DNA of 39,606 nt from Nitrospira japonica (GTDB lineage: Bacteria > Nitrospirota > Thermodesulfovibrionia > Thermodesulfovibrionales > SM23-35): positions 1 to 39,606 of the forward strand of contig DYFC01000058.1 in NCBI GenBank assembly GCA_020725385.1, given 5' to 3'. The notes under the pieces were generated by a model. The model did no database searches, was not told the origin of the DNA, and saw only the letters and a list, made by a program, of their open reading frames with translations. The position numbers and the translations under genes were made by a program. Positions within the stretch are counted from its first letter, which is position 1; each line of letters begins with the position of its first letter. Shown piece after piece: positions 20,399 through 29,939 of the stretch.

Positions 20399-21542
20399 GT
20401 TTGATTTTCTCGAATATTTCTGACAATCTTTCGGCTCTTTTTTCCCATGTAAATTTTTCAGATGATTTATAAGCATTAATTGCAAGACTCTTTGCTCTAT
20501 CCTGATTATTTAACAAATAAGCAATCTTATCAGCCAGATCGCGGGGATCTTCGGGTTTGGCGAGCAGTACATCTATACCATCGAATACATCTTCTTTAAT
20601 TGATGGAAGATCAAAAGCAACAATAGGTTTACCCATAGCCATATATTCATATAGTTTTGTATGTGCAGAATAGCGTCTTTTACCTTTGTTAAGCGCGCAT
20701 ATTACCATTATATCTATATTATCAGAAATCTCCGCTACTCTCTGGGGATTAATAAAACCGAGAAAATTTATTCTTTCAATAACATTTAGTGAAGTTGCAA
20801 GATTTTTAAGTCTTATAATATCTTTCTCTGCACCACCAATAATATGCAATTTCACATCAGGAAGATAAGAAATTGCCTCAATCAAAATTTCTACACCTTG
20901 TAACGGGTATAATTGTCCTATATAACCAATTATTTTGTTATTTCTTTCCTTTATCTTTAAAGATGTCCTCTCTGCGGCCAGAGGGACTTTAAAAACAGGA
21001 GCTTTAATTGTATAAGTTTCTTTTAAGATATCCCCGAAGCAATTTAAAAGTACTATAATAGCATCAACTCTTTTGAAAACCCATTCTTCATCGGGATTTT
21101 TTTCCTGAAGATTATCATAAAATTTCCTGATTCGCAAGTCATGAACTTCAAGTATAAAAGGCAAACGTATAAATTTTTTAAATTTGAGCAAAAATTTAGC
21201 AAGTTTTATTTCCCTTAAATATATTATATCGGCTAACCCTTTCCTTTTCATTTGCAGAATTTTTAAAAGACAGAACAAATTGAATATACCATGCCATGAA
21301 AAGTACTTCCCTCTCAGCATAGGAACTTTGACAACTTGAAAGTTTGATAAAGGGTTTAATCCATAATATTCTTCAATACCAAGATTCAAAGCGGGTTTCC
21401 CTGTAATTATTCCTACCCCGTGGCCCAGACGGGCAAGGGCATGGCAGGTTCGCATGATAACAATATCATTAACCTTTCCTGACATGAGACGCTGATTATG
21501 TGGATAGATTATAGAAGGCAGATTTTTTTGAAAATTATTCAT
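20379..21542 (-). CDS. Glycosyltransferase family 4
   Basis: GYIGQL...GVEILIEA, KLYEYMAMGKPIV, FTWEKRA. Confidence 0.9.
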   Translation of the reverse strand: MNNFQKNLPSIIYPHNQRLMSGKVNDIVIMRTCHALARLGHGVGIITGKPALNLGIEEYYGLNPLSNFQVVKVPMLRGKYFSWHGIFNLFCLLKILQMKRKGLADIIYLREIKLAKFLLKFKKFIRLPFILEVHDLRIRKFYDNLQEKNPDEEWVFKRVDAIIVLLNCFGDILKETYTIKAPVFKVPLAAERTSLKIKERNNKIIGYIGQLYPLQGVEILIEAISYLPDVKLHIIGGAEKDIIRLKNLATSLNVIERINFLGFINPQRVAEISDNIDIMVICALNKGKRRYSAHTKLYEYMAMGKPIVAFDLPSIKEDVFDGIDVLLAKPEDPRDLADKIAYLLNNQDRAKSLAINAYKSSEKFTWEKRAERLSEIFEKIKHDRTAS

Positions 21543-21624
21543 TAATAGTTACGAGAATATATTTTGTATAGTATGATTTGAGTTTTTACATTATACTATA
21601 AATACAGTTAAAAATACTAAATCT

Positions 21625-21834
21625 GGATAATGCAGGCATTGCCTTATAACGTGAAATATAAAGATTAAACCGTGAACTTTTAATTCGTCATTCTCTGGTT
21701 TGACCAGAGAATCCAGAGGGCTTGAAACTGGATTCCCCGATCCCGCTACAAAAACGGCGTGCAGGTGAGTTGGGGGAATGAAGGGTAGGATTAAGGTATC
21801 GAAAAATAAATTTTTTGCAACATCTGCATTATCC
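21625..21834. mobile_element. MITE-like element (~210 bp) containing a REP/RPE-like doublet
   Basis: Imperfect terminal inverted repeat ggataatgcaggcattgc (21625-21642) / gcaacatctgcattatcc (21817-21834), 15/18 match; GC-richer palindromic interior. Confidence 0.5.
21687..21781. repeat. Inverted pair of GTCATT..GAATCCAG-type palindromic repeats
   Basis: gtcattctctggt-ttg-accagagaatccag (21687-21716) faces ctggattccccga...ttgggggaatga (21728-21781). Confidence 0.7.
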
Positions 21835-21859
21835 CAATCACATTTTTGGTTAATAAAAA

Positions 21860-22822
21860 ATGAGGAAATATAAAATGTTACCTGTTTTTATAGGAGGGCA
21901 TCCACGTAGTGGCACGACTCTGCTCGGGGACCTTCTTGGCTCGCATCCTCTTTGTATATGTACTCCTGAATCACAATTTAAGGTAAGTGTCTATCAGCGA
22001 CTTGAAATTAAAGACAAAGAATATTTTGACTTGAAATTGGTTTTTGAAAAAATAAAGAAACACTGGAGATACAAAATATGGGCTCTTAATGAATTTATTG
22101 ATTTTAATGAAAAAATCAGCTCATATAAAGACCTCATTTTATTTTTAGTAAGAAGTTATGCTGTTAAAAATAATAAATTAAATGCAAGTCTTTGGATTGA
22201 TCATACACCTTCAAATATCCAGTTTGCAGAATTTTTGAATTATTTATTCCCCGAAGCAAAATTTATTCATATTGTAAGAGATGGAAGGGCTGTTGCTGCT
22301 TCACAGATTCCTCTTGATTGGGGGCCAAATACTATTAGTGAATCCGCATATTCATGGGTGGAAGTTATAAAAAATGGACTTTATACAGAGGAAATATTAA
22401 AAGACAAAATCATTAAGGTAAAATATGAAGATTTGGTTACTGATACAGAGATGATTCTTAAAAAAATATGCGATTTTCTTGAAATAAATTATTTGCCCGA
22501 AATGTTGCAGGGAGGTGGATTTAAGGTGCCCGGATATACTTTAAAACAACATTTATTGCTTGGCAAATCACCTGATAGGTCGAGAATAGATGCATGGGAG
22601 AAAAAACTTACTAAGAGACAGATAGAGATATTTGAAAGTATTGCGGGAGAATTTCTTGAAAAGTTAAACTATACTTTATTTTTTGGTAAGAAAGCAAAAC
22701 GGATGAATTTATTTGAAAAGGTTTTATTTTCTTTATACGAATTATGGAGAGGGAAAATAGTTAATAAAATGCGCCGTAAAAAAAGAAAAGGGGAATGGAT
22801 TTTATTGGCTGGGAAACAATAA
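21860..22822 (+). CDS. PAPS-dependent sulfotransferase
   Basis: 5'-PSB motif GGHPRSGTTLL, WIDHTP, 3'-PB motif HIVRDGRAVAAS, VKYEDLV. Confidence 0.9.
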   Translation: MRKYKMLPVFIGGHPRSGTTLLGDLLGSHPLCICTPESQFKVSVYQRLEIKDKEYFDLKLVFEKIKKHWRYKIWALNEFIDFNEKISSYKDLILFLVRSYAVKNNKLNASLWIDHTPSNIQFAEFLNYLFPEAKFIHIVRDGRAVAASQIPLDWGPNTISESAYSWVEVIKNGLYTEEILKDKIIKVKYEDLVTDTEMILKKICDFLEINYLPEMLQGGGFKVPGYTLKQHLLLGKSPDRSRIDAWEKKLTKRQIEIFESIAGEFLEKLNYTLFFGKKAKRMNLFEKVLFSLYELWRGKIVNKMRRKKRKGEWILLAGKQ

Positions 22823-22858
22823 AACATTATCATAACGTGAAAGGATTAAATTGATAAT

Positions 22859-23470
22859 ATGATAGAGGAGAATATAAAACCTTATAAAGGAAAGATTGAT
22901 AAAAGAGAAAGGTGGCAGTTAAATAATCATAAATCTGTACTTGTATGGTTTACAGGATTGCCTGGTTCGGGAAAATCAACGATTTCGCATGAACTTGAGT
23001 ATCTTTTATATAAAAACAAAATTAGGACTTATGTGCTTGATGGAGACAATGTGAGAAAGGGTCTATGTAAGGACCTCGGCTTTTCTGCTGAAGATAGGCG
23101 GGAGAATTTAAGGAGGGTCGGGGAAGTTGCAAAGCTTTTTGTAGATGCCGGGATTTTGACTATAGCTTCATTTGCTTCCCCTTATGTTTCTGACAGAAAA
23201 ATGATCAGAGAAATGTTTGAAAACGAAGAATTTATTGAAGTTTATTTAAAATGTGATATTTCTGTCTGTGAAAAAAGGGATCCAAAGGGTCTTTATAAAA
23301 AGGCGCGTAATGGAATTATAAAAAATTTCACAGGAGTATCAGATCCATATGAACCACCTGAAAAACCAGAAATAATTCTGGAGACGGATAAACTAACTGT
23401 TGAACAGAGTGTTAAAACTGTTTTTGATTTTCTTTACAAAAGACAGGTTTTAGCATTAATCGAGCCATAA
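22859..23470 (+). CDS. cysC: Adenylyl-sulfate (APS) kinase
   Basis: WFTGLPGSGKSTI, LDGDNVR, RDPKGLYKKAR, FTGVSDPYEPP. Confidence 0.97.
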   Translation: MIEENIKPYKGKIDKRERWQLNNHKSVLVWFTGLPGSGKSTISHELEYLLYKNKIRTYVLDGDNVRKGLCKDLGFSAEDRRENLRRVGEVAKLFVDAGILTIASFASPYVSDRKMIREMFENEEFIEVYLKCDISVCEKRDPKGLYKKARNGIIKNFTGVSDPYEPPEKPEIILETDKLTVEQSVKTVFDFLYKRQVLALIEP

Positions 23471-23552
23471 TCACTAAGGCTCGAGAAAATTGAATTTTCT
23501 TCAAACCTCATGTATTAACTTCAATTGCATTTATTGATTAACTTTAATTTAA

Positions 23553-24602
<1,050 letters not shown>

Positions 24603-24604
24603 GA

Positions 24605-25837
24605 ATGAAAAAAAACATGTTAGACCCGATGCCGGTAAAAGATATTTTTAATAAATTGACAATTGAGGATCTTGATATAAAAGGTAAAAGAGTTTTTATT
24701 AGGGCTGATTTTAATGTGCCTTTGGATGATAATCTGATTATAACAGATGACCGTAGAATTCGTTCGACTTTACCGACTATCAACTATGCTATCGATGAAG
24801 GAGCAAAAGTTATTCTTTCATCACATCTCGGAAGACCAAAAGGTAAAGTTGATCCGAGATTTAGTCTTGCGCCTGTTGCTAAAAGATTGCAACGTCTCTT
24901 AAACAAAGAAGTAATTTTTGCTCCTGATTGTATCGGTGGCCAGGTTGAAAATCTCGTAGAAAGGATGAAAGAAGGTGACGTATTACTTCTTGAAAATCTT
25001 AGATTTCACCCGGAAGAGGAAAAGAACGATGAGGAATTCGCAAAAAATCTTGCCAAACTGGCGGATATTTATGTAAATGACGCTTTTGGTGCAGCTCATA
25101 GAGCTCATGCCTCAATAACAGGCATTACAAAATTTTTACCTTCAGCTGCCGGTTTTCTTCTTAAAAAAGAAATTGAATATCTGAGAGGCGCTATAGATAA
25201 TCCTATAAAACCATTTGTAGCAATCCTTGGTGGAGCAAAAGTATCCGGTAAGATTGGAGTTCTTGAAAATCTTGTAGGAAAGGTTGATAAGGTTATAGTT
25301 GGCGGTGGCATGGCGTTTACTTTTATTAAAGCAATGGGTTACGAGATTGGTGATTCACTTGTAGAAGATTCAATGCTTGAGACAGCAGAAAGAATAAGAA
25401 TAAAGCTAAAGGATAATAAAATAAGATTTTATCTCCCGGTTGACTGTGTCATAGCTGAACATACAGGTCCGGATAATGTTATTAAAATTGTTCCAACACA
25501 GGAAATTCCTAAAGGCTGGAAAGCGTATGATATAGGTCCTGCTTCAGTCAAACTTTTTTCTGAAGCCCTACAAGATGCTAAAACAATATTATGGAATGGC
25601 CCGATGGGAATGTTTGAAGTAGATGCTTTCACAAGAGGAACATTTGACATAGCACGGGCTGTAGCTGATGCATATGCCTTGACAATTGTAGGTGGTGGAG
25701 ACACCGATCTCGCTGTTCATAGAGCCGGTGTCTCCAATTTTATCACTTTCATATCAACCGGTGGAGGAGCGTCTCTTCAGTTACTTGAAGGGAAAGAACT
25801 CCCCGGTATTGCAGCTCTTACAAACCGTGAAGATTAG
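24605..25837 (+). CDS. pgk: Phosphoglycerate kinase
   Basis: RADFNVP, SHLGRP, LLENLRF, NDAFGAAHRAHAS, GGAKVSGK, STGGGASL. Exact start among several Mets is uncertain. Confidence 0.97.
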   Translation: MKKNMLDPMPVKDIFNKLTIEDLDIKGKRVFIRADFNVPLDDNLIITDDRRIRSTLPTINYAIDEGAKVILSSHLGRPKGKVDPRFSLAPVAKRLQRLLNKEVIFAPDCIGGQVENLVERMKEGDVLLLENLRFHPEEEKNDEEFAKNLAKLADIYVNDAFGAAHRAHASITGITKFLPSAAGFLLKKEIEYLRGAIDNPIKPFVAILGGAKVSGKIGVLENLVGKVDKVIVGGGMAFTFIKAMGYEIGDSLVEDSMLETAERIRIKLKDNKIRFYLPVDCVIAEHTGPDNVIKIVPTQEIPKGWKAYDIGPASVKLFSEALQDAKTILWNGPMGMFEVDAFTRGTFDIARAVADAYALTIVGGGDTDLAVHRAGVSNFITFISTGGGASLQLLEGKELPGIAALTNRED

Positions 25838-25853
25838 AAGAAGCTGCTAAAGT

Positions 25854-26282
25854 TTACTTACTTATTGGTTGTAACAACTCAGAATTATAAGTAGTAGATG
25901 AACATACTTTATGGGGTAACTTTTCATTCCTGTGGGAAAGAATACCCCTTTTCATCTCTACAATAGATGGATTCTTACACTCAAACTTCTCAATAAGATA
26001 CGCTGCTGCTACTTCTGGTTTAATGATATCTCCACACGTGAAGATATCAACTGCAGCATAATCATATTCAGGCCAAGTATGAATCGTGAGATGGGATTCC
26101 GCAATAACAACTACTCCGCTGATACCAAATGGATTAAACTCATGGAAGGAAACGTCTATAATAGTAGCTTTTGCCTCTTTTGCAGCAGAAACAAGAGCGT
26201 TTCTGACACTGTCAAGGCTCTTTAGAATTTTAGGATTACATTCCCGTAATTCCACCAGTAAGTGGGTTCCTAAGGCATACAA
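25854..26282 (-). CDS. speD: S-adenosylmethionine decarboxylase proenzyme (short pyruvoyl type)
   Basis: G.HLLVEL, HEFNPFGISGVVVIAESHLTIHTWPEYDYAAVDIFTCG with E-S self-cleavage site; TTG start. Confidence 0.9.
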   Translation of the reverse strand: MYALGTHLLVELRECNPKILKSLDSVRNALVSAAKEAKATIIDVSFHEFNPFGISGVVVIAESHLTIHTWPEYDYAAVDIFTCGDIIKPEVAAAYLIEKFECKNPSIVEMKRGILSHRNEKLPHKVCSSTTYNSELLQPISK

Positions 26283-26329
26283 TTCTCTACCCCCCTTCTA
26301 ACCTTCAAAATTTAAATAATTAAAGTTTT

Positions 26330-26359
26330 AAAATACAGAAAAAATATATTTAATGTCAA
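26330..26359 (-). promoter_or_regulatory. Putative sigma70 promoter for speD
   Basis: Minus strand TTGACA (26359-26354), 18-nt spacer, TATTTT (26335-26330). Confidence 0.5.
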
Positions 26360-26392
26360 GAAAAAAATGTATCAGCAATTAAAAATAAGCAG

Positions 26393-27484
26393 TTAAATAT
26401 ATTCGAGCAAATCTCCCCAGAAAATTTGAATATCTTTATTGATTTTATTTTCATTAGTTATGAGTTTCTGTATGTTGTTTATAGTATTATTGTCTTTTAA
26501 CATGAAAAAGTTCTCATTTTTGTGTAAACCTCTGATGCGCTGAAATGAAGCATTGAAACCATAGGATTCCGACATCTTAATAAAATCAGGTATCTGTGTA
26601 TAGTTAGAACGCATAACTGTCATATTTAGTGTTATTGATTTAAATTTATCTTTATTATCTCCGATAAGATTAAGACTTTTTATTATTGTCTCCCAATTTC
26701 CACCTTTGCGAATCTTTTCATAAGTATTTTTTTCGGTTGCATCTACAGATATAAGAAGGTTACCGAATTTTTGATGTTTTATCTTATCCCAGCATTCGGG
26801 TAAAAGTAAGCCATTTGTAATAATATCAAAACAAATTTCAGTATTTTTATTATTAAATAAAATTCTTTTCACATCCTGTCTGAAAAAAGGTTCGCCCATT
26901 CCTGTTAAAATAAGCTGTCTGGCAGATGTTATGCATGAAAGAATTTCTTTTTCAGCTTTTTCGATTAAATCAGGATGGTTTTTCTGATTTTTTCTGTCAC
27001 ACATAATACAGGAAAGGTTGCACCGGGTTGAGTTTGAAAGATTAAAAACTGTTGGAAGTGATTCAAGAACAACTTTCTTTTGGAGTATTTCTTCAATCAA
27101 CTTATGAGTAAGGAATTCCAAAGCCCAGAGATAATCATAAGAAATAGCATGGTTATCATAAATGTGCCGTGAAATTATAGGGCATATTTTGTTACAGATA
27201 TATCGCCATTCTCCATTGTATATTTTTTTTCTGATAAAGCGGGCTCTTTGACTGTTCCATATCTCTTTAATTGTTTTATTCTTGATATTTCCAATGGGAA
27301 ATTTTATCCAGCCCGGACAGCATGTATAAACATCTCCATTTGTTGTTATTTCAGCAAAATAAAATGGTTGAAGACATATAATGCTATTTTGAGCTAAAGT
27401 CTTTCCCCCTTTTTTTGATAAAAAGTTTAAATCCCTGTAACGACTGTATAAATATCTGGCAGTTCTATTCAATTCGATGAGCAT
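26393..27484 (-). CDS. Radical SAM protein with N-terminal SPASM/twitch-like domain
   Basis: CLQPF..GDVYTCC..IGNI..IKEIWNS..CNKICP precedes CNLSCIMC (CX3CX2C), GEPF, ITNG, ISVDA. Confidence 0.85.
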   Translation of the reverse strand: MLIELNRTARYLYSRYRDLNFLSKKGGKTLAQNSIICLQPFYFAEITTNGDVYTCCPGWIKFPIGNIKNKTIKEIWNSQRARFIRKKIYNGEWRYICNKICPIISRHIYDNHAISYDYLWALEFLTHKLIEEILQKKVVLESLPTVFNLSNSTRCNLSCIMCDRKNQKNHPDLIEKAEKEILSCITSARQLILTGMGEPFFRQDVKRILFNNKNTEICFDIITNGLLLPECWDKIKHQKFGNLLISVDATEKNTYEKIRKGGNWETIIKSLNLIGDNKDKFKSITLNMTVMRSNYTQIPDFIKMSESYGFNASFQRIRGLHKNENFFMLKDNNTINNIQKLITNENKINKDIQIFWGDLLEYI

Positions 27485-27486
27485 TT

Positions 27487-29931
27487 CTAAACATATGATT
27501 CAAGAATTCTAAAAGCTTCTTCTTTTGAAAGGTGGGGGGATTTTGATAAATAGTTCATCATTGCTTTATTTGCTTCATCATAATTGTAATTCATCACCGG
27601 TTTTCTTAAACTATGTTCAACAGGAACAGCATCAATAATTCCCATTCGTAACCCCATTTTTTCTATAAAACATGGCCATACAAAGTCGTATCCCCATCCC
27701 ATAAATGAACTTTCATCAAATGGTAGAAGAACGGGGAATGCATCTTTTCTTACTGAAAAAACAGGCCCTATTTCAACAAATCTTGTTCTCCGCGCAGTAA
27801 TACCATCTAATTGTTCTACAAAAGGATGGTCTATAAAGCTGTTATGTGTACGGGCAGGTTGTGCAAGTGCAAAATCATATTTTTCGTTCAATTCAAGGTA
27901 TCTGTCCAAAAAATTATCGACAAGTTTTATATCATCATCGCAAAATAAAATATAATCATATTGATGAAGTTTTACCTGTGAAAGAATTTTATTAAGGAGA
28001 ACAAATTTGGGTTCTGATTTATCCTGTTTCATGAAAGTAACTGATTCTACTTTTTTTGAAGGTGGTTCGCCGAATAGAGCAATCCATTTTTGCTCAACAT
28101 TATAATTTTCTGACCTATTTAACACCTCGACAATATGCTCAATGGTATTTTTTTGATTGGCAAGATATACTCCTGTGACAAGAACTTTTTTCTTTTCATT
28201 GAATTCATGAGAATCCTTAACTGAAACTGAAATTTCGGATACTTCTGTTTGTGTGCCTGGATTAGAAGGTTGGTAAATATTAGTATTTTTATTGATTTCA
28301 GGGGTAATAGGTGTATTTTCAATAGCTTCTTTATTCAGGGTATTTTTCAAGAAAATATTAATTATTTTATGCCCTACTCTTTTAACAATTGAACGCCTTC
28401 TAGTATAAGGTGGCAGAATTTTATCTCTGATTTTGTAATAAAACATCAGACCTTTCCAGCCGTTTGAATTAAATATACGGGATAATTCTTCATCTTTTTT
28501 CTTTAGTATATTCTGTAATTCGTTCTTGGTTGATTCGATTTGTCCTATGTATGTATTTTTACTTTGAATTTGTTCTTCGAGTCTTGAAATAAAAGCATCC
28601 TTTTCGAGAATAGCTCTTTTGAGGTCTATTCTTTTCATATCCATTTCATCGATTGCATGTTTGAGTCCATTAATTTGTATCTCAAGCTCTATATTTTCCT
28701 GCTCTTTCTTTTTTATTGTTTCAACATTTTGATGTACTGTATTTTCAAGAAGATTTACTTTTTCTGATAATTCTTTGATAAAATCTTTAGCTTCCTTAAC
28801 CTCTGTTTCAAGTCCTCTAATTTTTCCCTCAGCGTTTAAAAGAGAAGTATTTCTTTCTTCCAATTCGTGGCGGAGATTATTTAATTCAGTCTCTTTTTCT
28901 TTATTTATATTTTCAAGAGTAATAGCATATTTTTGGGTATCTTCAAGCTTTTTATTCAATTCGTTCATTAAGTTATTTTTATCTTCAATAATTCTTTGTA
29001 TTTCTTTAATTTTTGAATTACTTAAAGATAAGGATTCTTCAAGATTTTTTATTTTATCCTGTCCTGCGATTAATTCTTGTTCGAGTTTCATTGTTTTATC
29101 ACGGGATTCTTTAATCCTGAAATCGAGCAATTTTATGTGATTTTCTTTTTCGGAAAGCATCCTTCTGTTTTGAACCAGCCTCATAATTATTTTTGAAGAA
29201 TATTTATTTTTGTGCTTTAGAATAATCTGATTGTGATAGGCTTCTACTTTGTTAAATAATAAAGGTGATTGAGATATTTGAAGACTTCTACTCCATTGGA
29301 TATAATCAGCCGTTATTTTCGGGATATGATAGAAGGGATATTTTTCACCTATTCTAAGTAGTAAGTCCCAATCTTCATATAATTCAAAGTTTTCGTCGAA
29401 TCCCTGAAATAGTCTTAATATTTCACTGCGGAACATAATGCAAATTAACGGGATATAATTATCAATGAGAAGTTCTTCATAAGAGAAGTCTTTTGAAGTA
29501 AATAATCTTTTTTCAAGCTCGGAAATTTTTTCTTCTTCATAATTATAGTCCTTATATACAATATTGGCATCTGTATATGCAGCTTTATAATCAAATTCCT
29601 CAAGTACGGTTAATAAAACACTTATATGATTTCTATAAAATATGTCATCATCGTCAAGAAAACAGATATATTCTCCTCTGGAAACTTTAATACCCATATT
29701 TCCTGCATGTGCTCTTCCTGTATTCCTCTCTAGTTTTTGGTAATTAAGAGTAACATCCCCTAAAATATTGCTAAGTGCATTTATATCAATATCCAATCCT
29801 CCATCATTTATTAAAACAACTTCAAGAGGGCGATAATTCTGGTCAGCGATACTTTGTATTGCCTTTTTTAAAAGGATAGGTCTATCTTTTGTTCTTACTA
29901 TTACGGAAACAAGAGGTTTTTGTTTTTCCAT
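27487..29931 (-). CDS. Multidomain glycosyltransferase: GT2, long coiled coil, DUF707-like GT-A domain
   Basis: LVSVIVRTKDRP, FLDDDD, EDWDL; long E/K/L heptad-like tract; C-terminal CDDDI, LAQPA, FVEIGPVF, GWGYD. Confidence 0.85.
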   Translation of the reverse strand: MEKQKPLVSVIVRTKDRPILLKKAIQSIADQNYRPLEVVLINDGGLDIDINALSNILGDVTLNYQKLERNTGRAHAGNMGIKVSRGEYICFLDDDDIFYRNHISVLLTVLEEFDYKAAYTDANIVYKDYNYEEEKISELEKRLFTSKDFSYEELLIDNYIPLICIMFRSEILRLFQGFDENFELYEDWDLLLRIGEKYPFYHIPKITADYIQWSRSLQISQSPLLFNKVEAYHNQIILKHKNKYSSKIIMRLVQNRRMLSEKENHIKLLDFRIKESRDKTMKLEQELIAGQDKIKNLEESLSLSNSKIKEIQRIIEDKNNLMNELNKKLEDTQKYAITLENINKEKETELNNLRHELEERNTSLLNAEGKIRGLETEVKEAKDFIKELSEKVNLLENTVHQNVETIKKKEQENIELEIQINGLKHAIDEMDMKRIDLKRAILEKDAFISRLEEQIQSKNTYIGQIESTKNELQNILKKKDEELSRIFNSNGWKGLMFYYKIRDKILPPYTRRRSIVKRVGHKIINIFLKNTLNKEAIENTPITPEINKNTNIYQPSNPGTQTEVSEISVSVKDSHEFNEKKKVLVTGVYLANQKNTIEHIVEVLNRSENYNVEQKWIALFGEPPSKKVESVTFMKQDKSEPKFVLLNKILSQVKLHQYDYILFCDDDIKLVDNFLDRYLELNEKYDFALAQPARTHNSFIDHPFVEQLDGITARRTRFVEIGPVFSVRKDAFPVLLPFDESSFMGWGYDFVWPCFIEKMGLRMGIIDAVPVEHSLRKPVMNYNYDEANKAMMNYLSKSPHLSKEEAFRILESYV

Positions 29932-29939
29932 ATTTAAAA

